In this document: piece by piece, positions 37,932 through 47,874 of the stretch
Layout: every line of letters starts with the position of its first letter
Numbering within the stretch: position 1 is the first letter of the stretch
DNA from: Patescibacteria group bacterium
GTDB lineage: Bacteria > Patescibacteriota > Doudnabacteria > UBA920
DNA length: 64,000 bases
Assembly: GCA_023484515.1 (NCBI GenBank)
Contig: JAMDAY010000030.1
Location: 1,320-65,319 of the forward strand
Reading direction: 5' to 3'
Made by a program: the position numbers and the translations under genes
Notes under the pieces: generated by a model
What the model was told of the DNA's origin: nothing
Seen by the model: the letters and a program-made list of their open reading frames with translations, nothing else
The model's database searches: none

Positions 37932-39420
37932 AGGGATATATATAGCCCCTAATTACCGAGCTGTGAATGGGAATGTAGCGGTAGTCCACTTTGCCGAAGG
38001 CGTTGTAATTCATTTCGGAAACATAAATGCTGTCGTCAGTCACTTTTTCCACTATGGCCACGTGGCCGTACCTGGTGTTTTCATTGGTCACCACAATGGC
38101 CCCGGCAGCCGGCTTGCTGTTGGTTACCGCGCCGTAAGCCCTGGCGTTGGCCAGCCAGTTTTTGGCGTTACCGCCCCAGGGGACGTGGATCTTGCTGGCG
38201 ACATACCAGGTGCAATAGCCCCACGGGAAAATGTGCCCGGTGCCGTTGTCTACCTGCGTAGGCTGTGCAGGCGCAACGCTGCCGGACTTGGGCGCGGTTT
38301 TCGGCTTTGGCGGCGCCGGCGGCGTTGCTATAACCCCTCCGGGGATTACAATAATCTGTCCGGCGTCTATGTCTTCGGCGTTAGCCAGCCCGTTATAGGA
38401 AATAATGGTTTTTAACAATTGGTCAGCCGCGGCGTCGCGGACATTTTTGTCCTTGTTATATTTTTCCGGATTAAACTTTGCCGCCAAGTCAGGCAGAGTG
38501 GTGTTGGAATCGGCCTTGGCAATTGTGCCGTCCACGGGCGGGATAAGCAAATACCAACCCGGCTGGATAGTGTCGCCGGCCAGGTTATTGGCCCACTTTA
38601 TGGTTTGGATGGAAATTTTGTTGGCCGCGGCTATGGACTTCAGGCTGTCGCCGGCTTGGGTCTGATACACTTTAATTTGCTTGTCCAAAAGCGCCTGGAT
38701 GCTGTCGGGATTGGGCTTAACAATGGCGCCGTCGCTAATTAGGGCGCTGCCGTCAGCGGCAGGATCCGCGGCGGCCGCCTGGGTGCTAAGCCCTGCGAAT
38801 TGGTCAGCCTGGGCCTGGGTGAAAAAGCTGTTGGCTTCCACCGTAGTAATAATGCTGTTGCTCTTGGCGTAATATTTTTCGTTTAAAGCGACATGGTTGC
38901 TTAAAAATTTGGAAGCCGGGCTGTTGTCGCTCAATATCTTGTTCGTATTGCCCTTGGCAAAGAAAAATAAGTTTAAAAAAGCAACGGCGCCGGCCAAAAT
39001 TAAAACCAGAAGTTCGCTGCTGAACTTCAGGCCAAAGTCCAGCCAATCCATCTTTTTAAGATGGATGGCGGGAAAAGCGTTAAGATGCACTTTTTTTAAC
39101 TGCGGAGTGCGCCGTTTTATCTGAAATAGTAGTTTTTTGGAGTAGTATTGGGTTTTAAAGGCAATCCTAATTACAACATTTTTGCACCAGGAATGCCAAG
39201 CTCGAATTTGGCTAATGTTAACCCCTTTATCTTTAAAAAGGATAAAATTGCGGGAATTACCGTTTAACCGTAAGAACCTTATTAAAGATGCGAGTATCCG
39301 AAGTCCCCAAAATAAAGCGGGAAAATAGGTATATGGGCCAATGTTTCGGACACCTTTAGTGTTAAAACTGCAATAATTCTCCAATAAGCTTACCAAAATT
39401 GTGACGATAAAAGCAAGCAA
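37930..39420 (-). CDS. peptidoglycan hydrolase: N-terminal TM anchor, LysM repeats and a C-terminal CHAP domain
   Basis: The CHAP domain is WGYCTWYVASK ... GAIVVTNENTRYGHVAIVEK. LysM-like segments include VYQTQAGDSLKSIAAANKISIQTIKWAN. Confidence 0.75.
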   Translation of the reverse strand: MLAFIVTILVSLLENYCSFNTKGVRNIGPYTYFPALFWGLRILASLIRFLRLNGNSRNFILFKDKGVNISQIRAWHSWCKNVVIRIAFKTQYYSKKLLFQIKRRTPQLKKVHLNAFPAIHLKKMDWLDFGLKFSSELLVLILAGAVAFLNLFFFAKGNTNKILSDNSPASKFLSNHVALNEKYYAKSNSIITTVEANSFFTQAQADQFAGLSTQAAAADPAADGSALISDGAIVKPNPDSIQALLDKQIKVYQTQAGDSLKSIAAANKISIQTIKWANNLAGDTIQPGWYLLIPPVDGTIAKADSNTTLPDLAAKFNPEKYNKDKNVRDAAADQLLKTIISYNGLANAEDIDAGQIIVIPGGVIATPPAPPKPKTAPKSGSVAPAQPTQVDNGTGHIFPWGYCTWYVASKIHVPWGGNAKNWLANARAYGAVTNSKPAAGAIVVTNENTRYGHVAIVEKVTDDSIYVSEMNYNAFGKVDYRYIPIHSSVIRGYIYP

Positions 39421-39602
39421 TTAATCCACAAGCAGGCCAATGAGGGCTAAATGATAAGGAAAGATATTAAAAATCGCTTAATTAAAAGATAATAATTTAA
39501 AATTTTCGGTTTAGTAACTTTTTTTTAAGATCTTCCGTAAAATAAATATTAAGGTTAGCGCAGGCTTATTTTACGGAAGATCTTATGTTATAATTTTTCA
39601 GT

Positions 39603-41819
39603 ATGGACCTATCGCTTCTCAATGAAAAGCAAAAACAAGCAGTAACCGCGCCCCTGGGGCCGGTTTTAGTCTTGGCGGGCGCGGGCAGCGGTAAAACCAG
39701 GGCCCTGGCTTTTAGGATTGCCTATTTGTGCGAGAAAAAACTGGTAAAGCCCGAGCATATTTTGGCCATAACCTTTACCAACAAAGCGGCCAAGGAAATG
39801 GGAGAAAGAGTTAAAAAAATATTAACCCCCCAACTTCCAACCTCCAACCTCCAACTTCCAACCTCCAATCTCCAACCTCCAACTTCCAACCCCCAACTCC
39901 CAATAATGGGGACTTTCCATTCCGTTTGCGCGCGCATTTTAAGGAAGGAGATTTCCCGCCTGGGCTATACCGGCAGCTTTACCATTTACGACACCGACGA
40001 CCAGCTTAAGGTGATCCGCGAAATTATCCAGGACCTGCATATAGACAAGCGCTTCGGGCCTTCGCTGTTTAAGGCGTATATTTCCGGCGCTAAAAATATC
40101 TTGCAGGCGCCGGCGGAAATGTCGCTGGGCCTGGAAGCGGATTTGGAAAATTTGGTGCGCGAAGTCTATGTGCGCTACCAAAATTTTTTGTTCCGGCAAA
40201 ATTCCGCGGATTTTGACGACCTGCTGATGCTGACGGTCAAAATTTTCCAGAATTTTCCGGACGCGCTGGAAAAATACCAAAAATTATTCCAATACATTCT
40301 GGTGGACGAATACCAGGACACCAACCACGCGCAATACGTCCTGCTCCATTTACTGGCGCAAAAGCGCCATAACTTGTTCGTGGTGGGAGACGACGCCCAA
40401 AGCATTTATGGGTTCCGCGGCAGCAATATCCGCAACATTTTGAATTTTGAAGAAGACTTTCCGGAAAGCAAAGTCATTAAATTGGAACAGAACTACCGGT
40501 CCACGCGCAACATTCTGGCCGCGGCGCAAAAAGTAATAGAAATAAACCCCGAGCAAAAGCAGAAGACTTTATGGACGGAAAACGGGGAAGGCGCCAAGGT
40601 GGAGGTGCGCGAAGTGGCAGACGAGCTGGCCGAGGCGCAGTTCGTGGCCAAAAAGATTATAGACCTGTCAACCGGCCGCGCGGACGAAGATTTAGATTAC
40701 GAGCCGGAACAAGACGGCTTGTCCGGGTTTTCCATTTTGGACCATTTTTTGCGGAAGGCGAAAAAAAACCAGCGCGGCAATTTTCCTTTTTTGCCGCAGC
40801 TGCCCAAGGACCACGCAAGCTTAAACGGCTTTGCCGTGCTGCTGCGCACCCATGCCCAAACCCGCGTATTGGAAGAAGTGTTCATTGAAAGCGGCATCCC
40901 ATACCAGATTGTCGGGGGCGTCAAATTCTACGAGCGCAAGGAAATTAAGGACGTGCTGGCGTATTTGCGGCTGGCCGCCAATTACCGCGACCTGGTCAGC
41001 TTAAAGCGGGTCATTAACGAGCCATCGCGGGGGATTGGGGAAAAATCTTTCCAGGTTATCCGCAAAATCATACTGGATGAAAGCCTGTCTGTAGGAGCAG
41101 GAACTGCCAGACCGCCAGGCGGGAAGACAATATCTTCCCCTACATTAATTGATTTCCGGATCAAACTTTCAAACGCCAGCTTTGGCCCCAAAATTGGCAG
41201 GGCCATAGACGCTTTTTTTGAAATGCTGGAAGTTTTTGCGTCGCTGGATCATTCTGCGGATTTAGGAGGCTTGCTTCGCTTGGTAATCAAAAGGACCAAT
41301 TACGAAGAGTGGCTTAAGGACGGCACGGAAAACGGCGAGGCGCGCTGGGAAAACGTGGAAGAACTGTTCAATGTGGTGGAAAAATACAAAAACTTGCCAT
41401 GGCAGGAAAGCTTGCAGAGGTTTTTGGAAGAAGTGGCGCTAATTACGGAAATTGACGAGTTGAACGAAACGCGCGACTGCGTCACGCTGATGACTTTGCA
41501 CAGCGCCAAGGGTTTGGAGTTTGACACCGTGTTTTTGGCCGGGCTGGAAGAAGGCATTTTGCCCCATTCGCGCAGCCTGCTGGACCCTGCGGAATTGAGC
41601 GAAGAGATCCGCCTGGCTTACGTGGGGCTGACGCGCGCCAAGCAGAGGCTGTATTTAACGTATGCCCGCGCGCGCCGCGCGTTCGGCAGCGTGCAATACA
41701 ACCAGCCGTCCCGCATTTTGCGCGCGCTGCCCAAGGACAAAATTATCCATAAGGGTTCTGCCGCGGAAGAAACATATTATGAAAGGGAAGATGGTGGTGA
41801 GGATGAATTGGACTTTTAA
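39603..41819 (+). CDS. uvrD: UvrD/PcrA-family ATP-dependent DNA helicase with an in-frame tandem heptad insertion
   Basis: Walker A is [19 protein letters not shown], and helicase motifs include FTNKAAKEM and VDEYQDTN. The 21-nt tandem repeat at 39826-39900 encodes (LPTSNLQ)x3. Confidence 0.85.
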   Translation: MDLSLLNEKQKQAVTAPLGPVLVLAGAGSGKTRALAFRIAYLCEKKLVKPEHILAITFTNKAAKEMGERVKKILTPQLPTSNLQLPTSNLQPPTSNPQLPIMGTFHSVCARILRKEISRLGYTGSFTIYDTDDQLKVIREIIQDLHIDKRFGPSLFKAYISGAKNILQAPAEMSLGLEADLENLVREVYVRYQNFLFRQNSADFDDLLMLTVKIFQNFPDALEKYQKLFQYILVDEYQDTNHAQYVLLHLLAQKRHNLFVVGDDAQSIYGFRGSNIRNILNFEEDFPESKVIKLEQNYRSTRNILAAAQKVIEINPEQKQKTLWTENGEGAKVEVREVADELAEAQFVAKKIIDLSTGRADEDLDYEPEQDGLSGFSILDHFLRKAKKNQRGNFPFLPQLPKDHASLNGFAVLLRTHAQTRVLEEVFIESGIPYQIVGGVKFYERKEIKDVLAYLRLAANYRDLVSLKRVINEPSRGIGEKSFQVIRKIILDESLSVGAGTARPPGGKTISSPTLIDFRIKLSNASFGPKIGRAIDAFFEMLEVFASLDHSADLGGLLRLVIKRTNYEEWLKDGTENGEARWENVEELFNVVEKYKNLPWQESLQRFLEEVALITEIDELNETRDCVTLMTLHSAKGLEFDTVFLAGLEEGILPHSRSLLDPAELSEEIRLAYVGLTRAKQRLYLTYARARRAFGSVQYNQPSRILRALPKDKIIHKGSAAEETYYEREDGGEDELDF
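39826..39900 (+). repeat. 21-bp tandem repeat (about 3.5 copies) inside the helicase ORF
   Basis: The repeat ccaacttccaacctccaacct recurs and encodes [21 protein letters not shown] in frame. Confidence 0.85.
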
Positions 41820-41820
41820 A

Positions 41821-41935
41821 AATTGGAAATGTAAATATCAAAAATCAAAATGAAAATGTAAAATACAAAATTACTTATGCACTTCCATTTTAAATTTTAA
41901 ATTGCCATTTTCCATTTTGATTTTTCAATTTTTAA
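41821..41935. repeat. AT-rich intergenic hairpin repeat (family copy 1) downstream of the helicase gene
   Basis: An internal inverted repeat aaaatcaaaatgaaaatg pairs with cattttccattttgatttt. The element shares tgaaaatgtaaaat, taaattgccat and cattttgattttt with the copy at 58918-59030. Confidence 0.7.
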
Positions 41936-41941
41936 TTATAT

Positions 41942-42871
41942 ATGGATATTAATCGACTGAAAAATGTACTGGCGCGTAATGGCTTAAGACCTAATTTTAC
42001 CTACGGGCAGAATTTTTTGGTTGACGAAAATGCGCTGGACGACATTGTAAAGGCGGCTGGTATAAAAAAGAGCGACGCGGTTCTGGAAATCGGACCGGGC
42101 ATTGGCAACCTGACGGAAAAACTGTTGCAGCGCGCCGGGTTCGTGCTGAGTATAGAAAAGGACCCGAAGTTCTATCCGCTGCTGCGCGCCCTGAAGAAAA
42201 ATCACCGCGAAAATTTTCGGTTTGAAATTGCGGATGCGCTGGAAGTTGATTTTTTAGAAATATTAAATAATCAATCCGGATATATTGATTACCGCAATCC
42301 CGATCTGCAGATAGCCACGGATCCGAGCGTCCGCAAGCATCCCCAGATCCGGATGCCATCCGCATATCAGGGTCGGGATTATAAAGTCGTCGCCAACATC
42401 CCATACTACATTACCGGAAAAATTTTACAGACGCTGCTGAACGCCAAAATTAAACCGCAGAGCATTACCATACTTACGCAGAAAGAAGTCGCGGAAAATA
42501 TTATTGCCAAAGCAGGGGACTTGTCCGTGCTGGCAATCTCCGTGCAGTTGTACGGCCGGCCGAAAATAATCCGCACGGTTCCGGCAGACAGCTTTTACCC
42601 CGCGCCAAAAGTTGACAGCGCCATTTTGCAAATTGACCTTTACAAAAAACCGAAGTATGACCTGGGTGATGAAAAAAAATTTTTTCGCGTTCTCAAGTCG
42701 TGCTTTGCGGGTAAGCGCAAGCAGATACATAACACTCTGCAAAACAACCTGCGCCTGCCTAAGGAACAGGTGGAAAAAATTTTAAGCGAAACAAAAATCA
42801 GCCCCGCGTCCCGTCCGCAAGAGCTGGCCATTGAGCAATGGATAGAGCTGGCAAAAAAAATAAAAGATTAA
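41942..42871 (+). CDS. rsmA: 16S rRNA dimethyladenosine transferase RsmA/KsgA (with an internal insertion)
   Basis: The SAM motif is GQNFLVDENALDDIVKAAGIKKSDAVLEIGPGIGNLTEKL, and NIPYYIT is also present. At 309 aa the protein is longer than typical. Confidence 0.8.
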   Translation: MDINRLKNVLARNGLRPNFTYGQNFLVDENALDDIVKAAGIKKSDAVLEIGPGIGNLTEKLLQRAGFVLSIEKDPKFYPLLRALKKNHRENFRFEIADALEVDFLEILNNQSGYIDYRNPDLQIATDPSVRKHPQIRMPSAYQGRDYKVVANIPYYITGKILQTLLNAKIKPQSITILTQKEVAENIIAKAGDLSVLAISVQLYGRPKIIRTVPADSFYPAPKVDSAILQIDLYKKPKYDLGDEKKFFRVLKSCFAGKRKQIHNTLQNNLRLPKEQVEKILSETKISPASRPQELAIEQWIELAKKIKD

Positions 42872-42972
42872 AAATCAAAATGCAAAACTACAATGCAAAA
42901 TTTAAAGTTAAGCTGCATAAGTAATTTTGTATTTTTCAATGTCATTTTTATTTTTGATATTTAAATTTTTAA
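42872..42972. repeat. AT-rich intergenic hairpin repeat (family copy 2) between convergent genes
   Basis: The element has aaaatcaaaatgcaaaa and its inverted complement atttttgatattt. It fills the whole gap between rsmA and the minus-strand DUF192 gene. Confidence 0.6.
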
Positions 42973-43473
42973 TTATTTAAAATCAACTTCGTCTGCCGCC
43001 TTAATCCCGTTCCTGTCCGCCCATCCCGCGTTGACTTCCAGGACGGAATCTATAGGCGAAGGGGGAGAATAAAAAGGCAGTTGGCTGTCCGGCGTCCCCG
43101 GTTCCGGTTTGGGGACGTTTTTTGTAATTCCGACAATTTTGTTATTTTTTATCCAAATTAAATCCAAATTGAAATTCATATCTTTCATCCAAAAGTACGG
43201 CATATTATTTTCTTGCTGCCCAAAGTCAAACAGCATGCCTTTATTATTTGCCAGGCTTGTTCTGCCGGACAATCCTTGCTGCATGTCTTGGGGGGTATTA
43301 ACTACCTGTACTTCCAAAATTTTATTTCCTATTTGCAGTTCGTGGTTATATCGCGCGTCCATGCCATCCGTGACGTCCTGGGCAGGGGATTGCTTATTGC
43401 ATGCGGCAGACAATAATAAAAACATCAGTACCAAAGCAACTTTATTTACCTTTTTGCGCAAATTTTGTTCCAT
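42973..43473 (-). CDS. DUF192-family lipoprotein
   Basis: A lipobox (LLSAAC) is present. The core sequence (VQVVNTPQDMQQGLSGRTSLANNKGMLFDF ... MPYFWMKDMNFNLDLIWI) follows the DUF192 pattern. Confidence 0.6.
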   Translation of the reverse strand: MEQNLRKKVNKVALVLMFLLLSAACNKQSPAQDVTDGMDARYNHELQIGNKILEVQVVNTPQDMQQGLSGRTSLANNKGMLFDFGQQENNMPYFWMKDMNFNLDLIWIKNNKIVGITKNVPKPEPGTPDSQLPFYSPPSPIDSVLEVNAGWADRNGIKAADEVDFK

Positions 43474-43694
43474 AATGTTATTTTACCCAATGCGCCAAAA
43501 TTGCGCAAAAAAGTATTGCAAAAAAATTCCAAATATGCTATAATAGATATAGAAATACGGAAAATATTACAGAAACCAAAAGAAAAACACAAATTAAAAG
43601 GAGTTTCTTTATTTTTACGCCAATTCATTTGGCTAGGTTTTGTTTTTCCGAAAATCAGGCAAAATTATAAAAGAGGTCGCTTAACAGGCCCATT

Positions 43695-44684
43695 ATGGAC
43701 AATAAAAAAACAAAAAAACACAACGTTTGGTTGATAAAAAAAGCGGGGCTGCTGGCGTCAGCAATTTTGGCAGTTTCATTTCCGCTTATGGTTTCAGGCG
43801 TTGTGTATGTTCCCCAATTGCTCAAGGCCAAGGACAACCCTACCGTATATTACGTGGCAGATAACGGTTTTAAAATTGCCATTCCTTCGGCAAAAATATT
43901 TTTGTCTTATAAATTCAAATGGGGAAACATAAAAACTGTTTCCCAAACAGAATTAAATTCGCATCCGGACGCCCTCTATATTAAACTGGCGGGATCCAGT
44001 CAGGTTTACCGGCTGGAAGGCATGGCTAAGCGCCTGGTAACAGCAGAAGCGGCCCAGTCTTTAAAACTTGATTCGCGATCCGCTGTCGCCTTAAATAAAA
44101 CGCACTTTAATTTTTACCAAAATGGTCCGGATGTAACGGCGCATGAAATAGGTTTTGTCCTGCAAGGCATGGCCGGAAATTTAGAGAGCGGATCAGAAGG
44201 AGCAGAGTGTTATCCCGACCCCGGCTCCGGCGGGGAAGACGGCTGCATAATTTACCAGGCTATGGAAAAAAATGACGTGACCATTTGCGAAGGAATTGCC
44301 AGCCAGAACTGGAAAGGAATTTGCTACAGCGCGTTTGTCCCCGAAGCGGGTGATCCTTTAATCAATTGCCGCAAGCTGACGGACGCCGCGGCAAAGTCCG
44401 ACTGCGCGGAAAAAATCGCGGTCAGGAAAAAAGACCAACAGCTTTGCAGCCTTGCCAGTTCCTTTGGCCGGAGGCTGATTTGCCTTTCCAATGTTGCCAT
44501 TGCCAGCAAGAATCCGAACGCTTGCAATATATTGTTCAACCAGGATTCGCAAGTAAAGGACACCTGCAATTTTTCCTACGCCCTCGTAAACAAAGATTCC
44601 TCTTTTTGCGGCAAAATTTCCGACCAAAATTTTAAAACCAATTGCCTGAATAATTTTTTGCCTAACCAGCAAATTTCGCAATAA
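43695..44684 (+). CDS. hypothetical secreted Cys-rich protein
   Basis: A signal/TM helix is present at the N-terminus. The C-terminal half carries about 14 Cys residues. Confidence 0.5.
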   Translation: MDNKKTKKHNVWLIKKAGLLASAILAVSFPLMVSGVVYVPQLLKAKDNPTVYYVADNGFKIAIPSAKIFLSYKFKWGNIKTVSQTELNSHPDALYIKLAGSSQVYRLEGMAKRLVTAEAAQSLKLDSRSAVALNKTHFNFYQNGPDVTAHEIGFVLQGMAGNLESGSEGAECYPDPGSGGEDGCIIYQAMEKNDVTICEGIASQNWKGICYSAFVPEAGDPLINCRKLTDAAAKSDCAEKIAVRKKDQQLCSLASSFGRRLICLSNVAIASKNPNACNILFNQDSQVKDTCNFSYALVNKDSSFCGKISDQNFKTNCLNNFLPNQQISQ

Positions 44685-44686
44685 AA

Positions 44687-45022
44687 ATGACCAAGAAATT
44701 TACACAAATACTTTTTTACTCAATTTTTGCTTCTGCTGTTTTTTTACCATTTTCAGTTAGCGCCCAATTCACAGGCAAGCCGGTAGGCGGCAGGTTTTTA
44801 CCAGGAGTGTTTGATATTTTTACGCCAAATGTCCTTTGCAGAAGTTTGACCGTAACAGTAGTGGGACCGAATCCGGGAACTTTTACCTGGATGCCTATAA
44901 GCATATACGATTATTTTTACATGACCCCTTTTCATGTGGGCAATAGCATGCTTGGACTTTCCGGGCCCATGGTAGCGTCCTGCGCTCCTCTATATATGCT
45001 CGGATCCAGCATTGCGCCGTAA
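44687..45022 (+). CDS. hypothetical small secreted protein
   Basis: A signal peptide (ILFYSIFASAVFLPFSVSAQ) is present. The ORF starts 3 nt after the upstream stop. Confidence 0.45.
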   Translation: MTKKFTQILFYSIFASAVFLPFSVSAQFTGKPVGGRFLPGVFDIFTPNVLCRSLTVTVVGPNPGTFTWMPISIYDYFYMTPFHVGNSMLGLSGPMVASCAPLYMLGSSIAP

Positions 45023-45062
45023 GATAGAAATTAGGTTTTAGAAATTAGTATTTGGAAAATAT

Positions 45063-45848
45063 ATGCATCCCGAACAATCAATCATGGAAACAAATATTGC
45101 GGATTTACGCCCTGCGCCAAAAGAAAATTTTAACTTCGGCCATGTCAAAATTATTTTTATGGCCGCGCTGCTGCTTTTGGGCCTGGCCTGGTTTAAAAAC
45201 CCGCAATTGTTTTCCGCATTGGGGCGCAAGCAGGAAGTCAAGAAAATTTCGGCTAATGTGCCGCGTTATTACGCTTACGTGCCGCCCGCCGAAGACATGC
45301 AACCCATGGTTGCCGGCGCCAGCACCGTGCAGCAAGGCCCCATGATTATTAACGAAGACGGCAGCGTAACCCCGGCTTTGGACGCGGGAACGGTCCTGGG
45401 AGCAAGTACGGAAAATATCCAACTGCCTTTGGACCAGATTGCGGTCAGTGAAATTCCGGACAGCGGCGGGGCTATCCAAAAATATTTCTCAGACGCGCAG
45501 CTCATAGAAAGCAATTACATTAATAATGCGGACTTTGAAGCGGCTTTAAATTCCGGGAACCAGCAGCAAATAAACGCCCAGGCGCAAAAATTAACGGGCG
45601 TTAAAAACAACCTGCAGAAATTGGAAGTTCCCCGTTCATTGGTAAAGCTGCAAAAATTGAAAATTGCCCAATACCAGGCAGCCATAGCCATTTTGGGAAA
45701 TTTTACCAAAGCGGACGAAAATCCCGAACTGGTAGGCCAATATTTGGATCAGTTTTTAAAGTCGCAGCAGGACCTGGACGCGGAAACAGCGGCCATAAAC
45801 CAAAAGTATAATTTGAACAACCCCTTAACGGATAATGTCCAACAATAA
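45063..45848 (+). CDS. hypothetical membrane-anchored protein
   Basis: A TM helix (IIFMAALLLLGLAWF) is followed by a coiled-coil-like C-terminus. Confidence 0.45.
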   Translation: MHPEQSIMETNIADLRPAPKENFNFGHVKIIFMAALLLLGLAWFKNPQLFSALGRKQEVKKISANVPRYYAYVPPAEDMQPMVAGASTVQQGPMIINEDGSVTPALDAGTVLGASTENIQLPLDQIAVSEIPDSGGAIQKYFSDAQLIESNYINNADFEAALNSGNQQQINAQAQKLTGVKNNLQKLEVPRSLVKLQKLKIAQYQAAIAILGNFTKADENPELVGQYLDQFLKSQQDLDAETAAINQKYNLNNPLTDNVQQ

Positions 45849-47718
45849 ACAAGGAAAAATTATAATTTCGCTGTTAATTGGCGCACAGCTAGCGCTGCTG
45901 CCTGGTTTGGCTTTGGCGCAAATTCCTTCCGCAAATCCTGTCCCGACTTCGGACAGCGCCAATGGCAGCGGAGGTATTGTGGGAACCGGGGCCAATGCTA
46001 CAGCCGCGGCGGCTTTGGAAGCGCAGGATAAAATCAACCAGGGCCTGGCCAACGGGGAGGCGACATATTTTAAAGGCGACAGCACCGTGCAAATGGGTTT
46101 TGGCGGCCTGGCGTTAATTAGCGGCGGCGCATCGGTGCTGGCGCAGCTTAAGGCGAAAATTACGGCCATTGACGGGTTCATCTTAAGCAGGCAGCAAGTC
46201 CGCAACTCTTTAATGGCCATAGTGACTCCGAACACTTATACTGCCACGCGCAAGCAAATGCTGCTGGAGGAGGTAGACGGGGCCATTAGAAGCTTAAAGG
46301 ACCGCGAGGAGCCTATTAAGCAGCAATTGCAAATGGTGGAACAGGGTTTTTGGAAAACTTTGGTTTACAACATTTTAATTAAAACTACCAAGAGCGTATC
46401 TGACCGGCTGGTTGCCAATCTGACCAATAAATTTAAGATTACGAATTTTTCCAGTTACGCGGATGCCGTTGCCACGCAGGTTTACGACAACCAGTTTATC
46501 CAGAATAATTATAAAGGCAACAACATGGACCAGATGATTGTGCGGTCCATGCTTGTCAATCCTTTGGCCCAGAGCGAGGTTTCGCCCGCCGTTTACCAGC
46601 GGGCGGACGCGGCTCTGGGTTTTGACCCGCACGGCGTGGACGTGTCCGATCCGAATTTTTACAATAAAATGACCCAGGTCGGCTCCGGGCAGGCTAATCC
46701 TTTTTTGCAGCAGGTGGTTTTGGCTGACCAGGCCAATAATATCCATAGCCAGGCTTTGGCTAACGCCCAGGCCGAAGTTGCCCAGAGCAGCGGTTTAAAA
46801 ACTCCCCGCACCTGCACGGGCGTGCTTTCCCAGCAACAGGCAATAGACCAGTCTTATAAAGCGGCCAATAACAAACTGGCAGACAGGCAAAAGCTGCTGG
46901 CAGATTTGCAGGCGGCGCAAATGGCTAATATGGAAGTTAACCCGGACGACATAAAGCAGGCGCAGGCGGACGTGGATTCGGCCGCCAAGGAACTGCAGGC
47001 CTTACCCAAGCAAGTTACCGGCGGCGCAGTGGATATTTGCAAGGACATTGTATCGCCGCCGAGCTTGATAAACAAAGGGATAGACGAAGCCTTTAAATCT
47101 TTGGGGCAGAATTTGGGTAACTATAACGAAAATAACATGCCGTTCTTTTTTAGCTTTATTACTGACGTGGCCAACCAGATTAGCAATAACTTAATTTTTG
47201 GCGGCGGCATAAATTCTTCCCAGTTGCTTAGCGAAAATACCGGCAGCCTGGCCAATGCAACGGCCTTAGGACTGGGTTTTGCGAGCACAAATTCCGGCAG
47301 TTCGGTTGAGAGCGGAATAATATTTAACGATCCCGTAAAGAGCAGTAATTTTCCCGACGCTTATACCTTAAGCTGGGAAGTGATAACGGACAAGTTCCCG
47401 ACCGCCAGTTATGTGACAATTAGAGGCACGGGAATTTCCGACGTCAAACAGGATTCCAGCGGAAATAAAGTCGCCAATAAGTTGCCGTTGTCTGGGAGTG
47501 TTGAGGTGAGGACATCGTCTAATTCTTCTTATACGCTTAAAGTTTACGAAGAGACTAAAGACAGCAGCGGTAAGGTTACGGGCACGAAGCAGTTAGGGTC
47601 GCCTTCCGTAGTGGAGCTGGACGTAGGCAGCGTGAAAGGAGCGTTTATAGATAATTCCAAAGCAGAGCCTGTCCATCCGCGCGGGTTGAAACCCGTGGTT
47701 TCCCCAAGAGGGCAATAA
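45835..47718 (+). CDS. hypothetical secreted protein (627 aa)
   Basis: A signal peptide (IIISLLIGAQLALLPGLALAQ) is present. The ORF overlaps the upstream gene by 14 nt. Confidence 0.5.
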   Translation: MSNNKQGKIIISLLIGAQLALLPGLALAQIPSANPVPTSDSANGSGGIVGTGANATAAAALEAQDKINQGLANGEATYFKGDSTVQMGFGGLALISGGASVLAQLKAKITAIDGFILSRQQVRNSLMAIVTPNTYTATRKQMLLEEVDGAIRSLKDREEPIKQQLQMVEQGFWKTLVYNILIKTTKSVSDRLVANLTNKFKITNFSSYADAVATQVYDNQFIQNNYKGNNMDQMIVRSMLVNPLAQSEVSPAVYQRADAALGFDPHGVDVSDPNFYNKMTQVGSGQANPFLQQVVLADQANNIHSQALANAQAEVAQSSGLKTPRTCTGVLSQQQAIDQSYKAANNKLADRQKLLADLQAAQMANMEVNPDDIKQAQADVDSAAKELQALPKQVTGGAVDICKDIVSPPSLINKGIDEAFKSLGQNLGNYNENNMPFFFSFITDVANQISNNLIFGGGINSSQLLSENTGSLANATALGLGFASTNSGSSVESGIIFNDPVKSSNFPDAYTLSWEVITDKFPTASYVTIRGTGISDVKQDSSGNKVANKLPLSGSVEVRTSSNSSYTLKVYEETKDSSGKVTGTKQLGSPSVVELDVGSVKGAFIDNSKAEPVHPRGLKPVVSPRGQ

Positions 47719-47736
47719 TAAAATAATCTTTAAAAA

Positions 47737-47766
47737 TAGGCCGGCGTTTTGCCGGCCTATTTTTGT
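47737..47766 (+). terminator. Rho-independent terminator
   Basis: The sequence aggccggc-gtttt-gccggcct forms a hairpin followed by atttttg. Confidence 0.8.
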
Positions 47767-47874
47767 TGCGTTAACAATTCGTTTTTTACGATCGCAAAAA
47801 TAAATCTTAAGAACATGTAATTAGTGAAAAAATTATACAATTGTATAATTTTTTCACTCGTAGATTAATTATAT

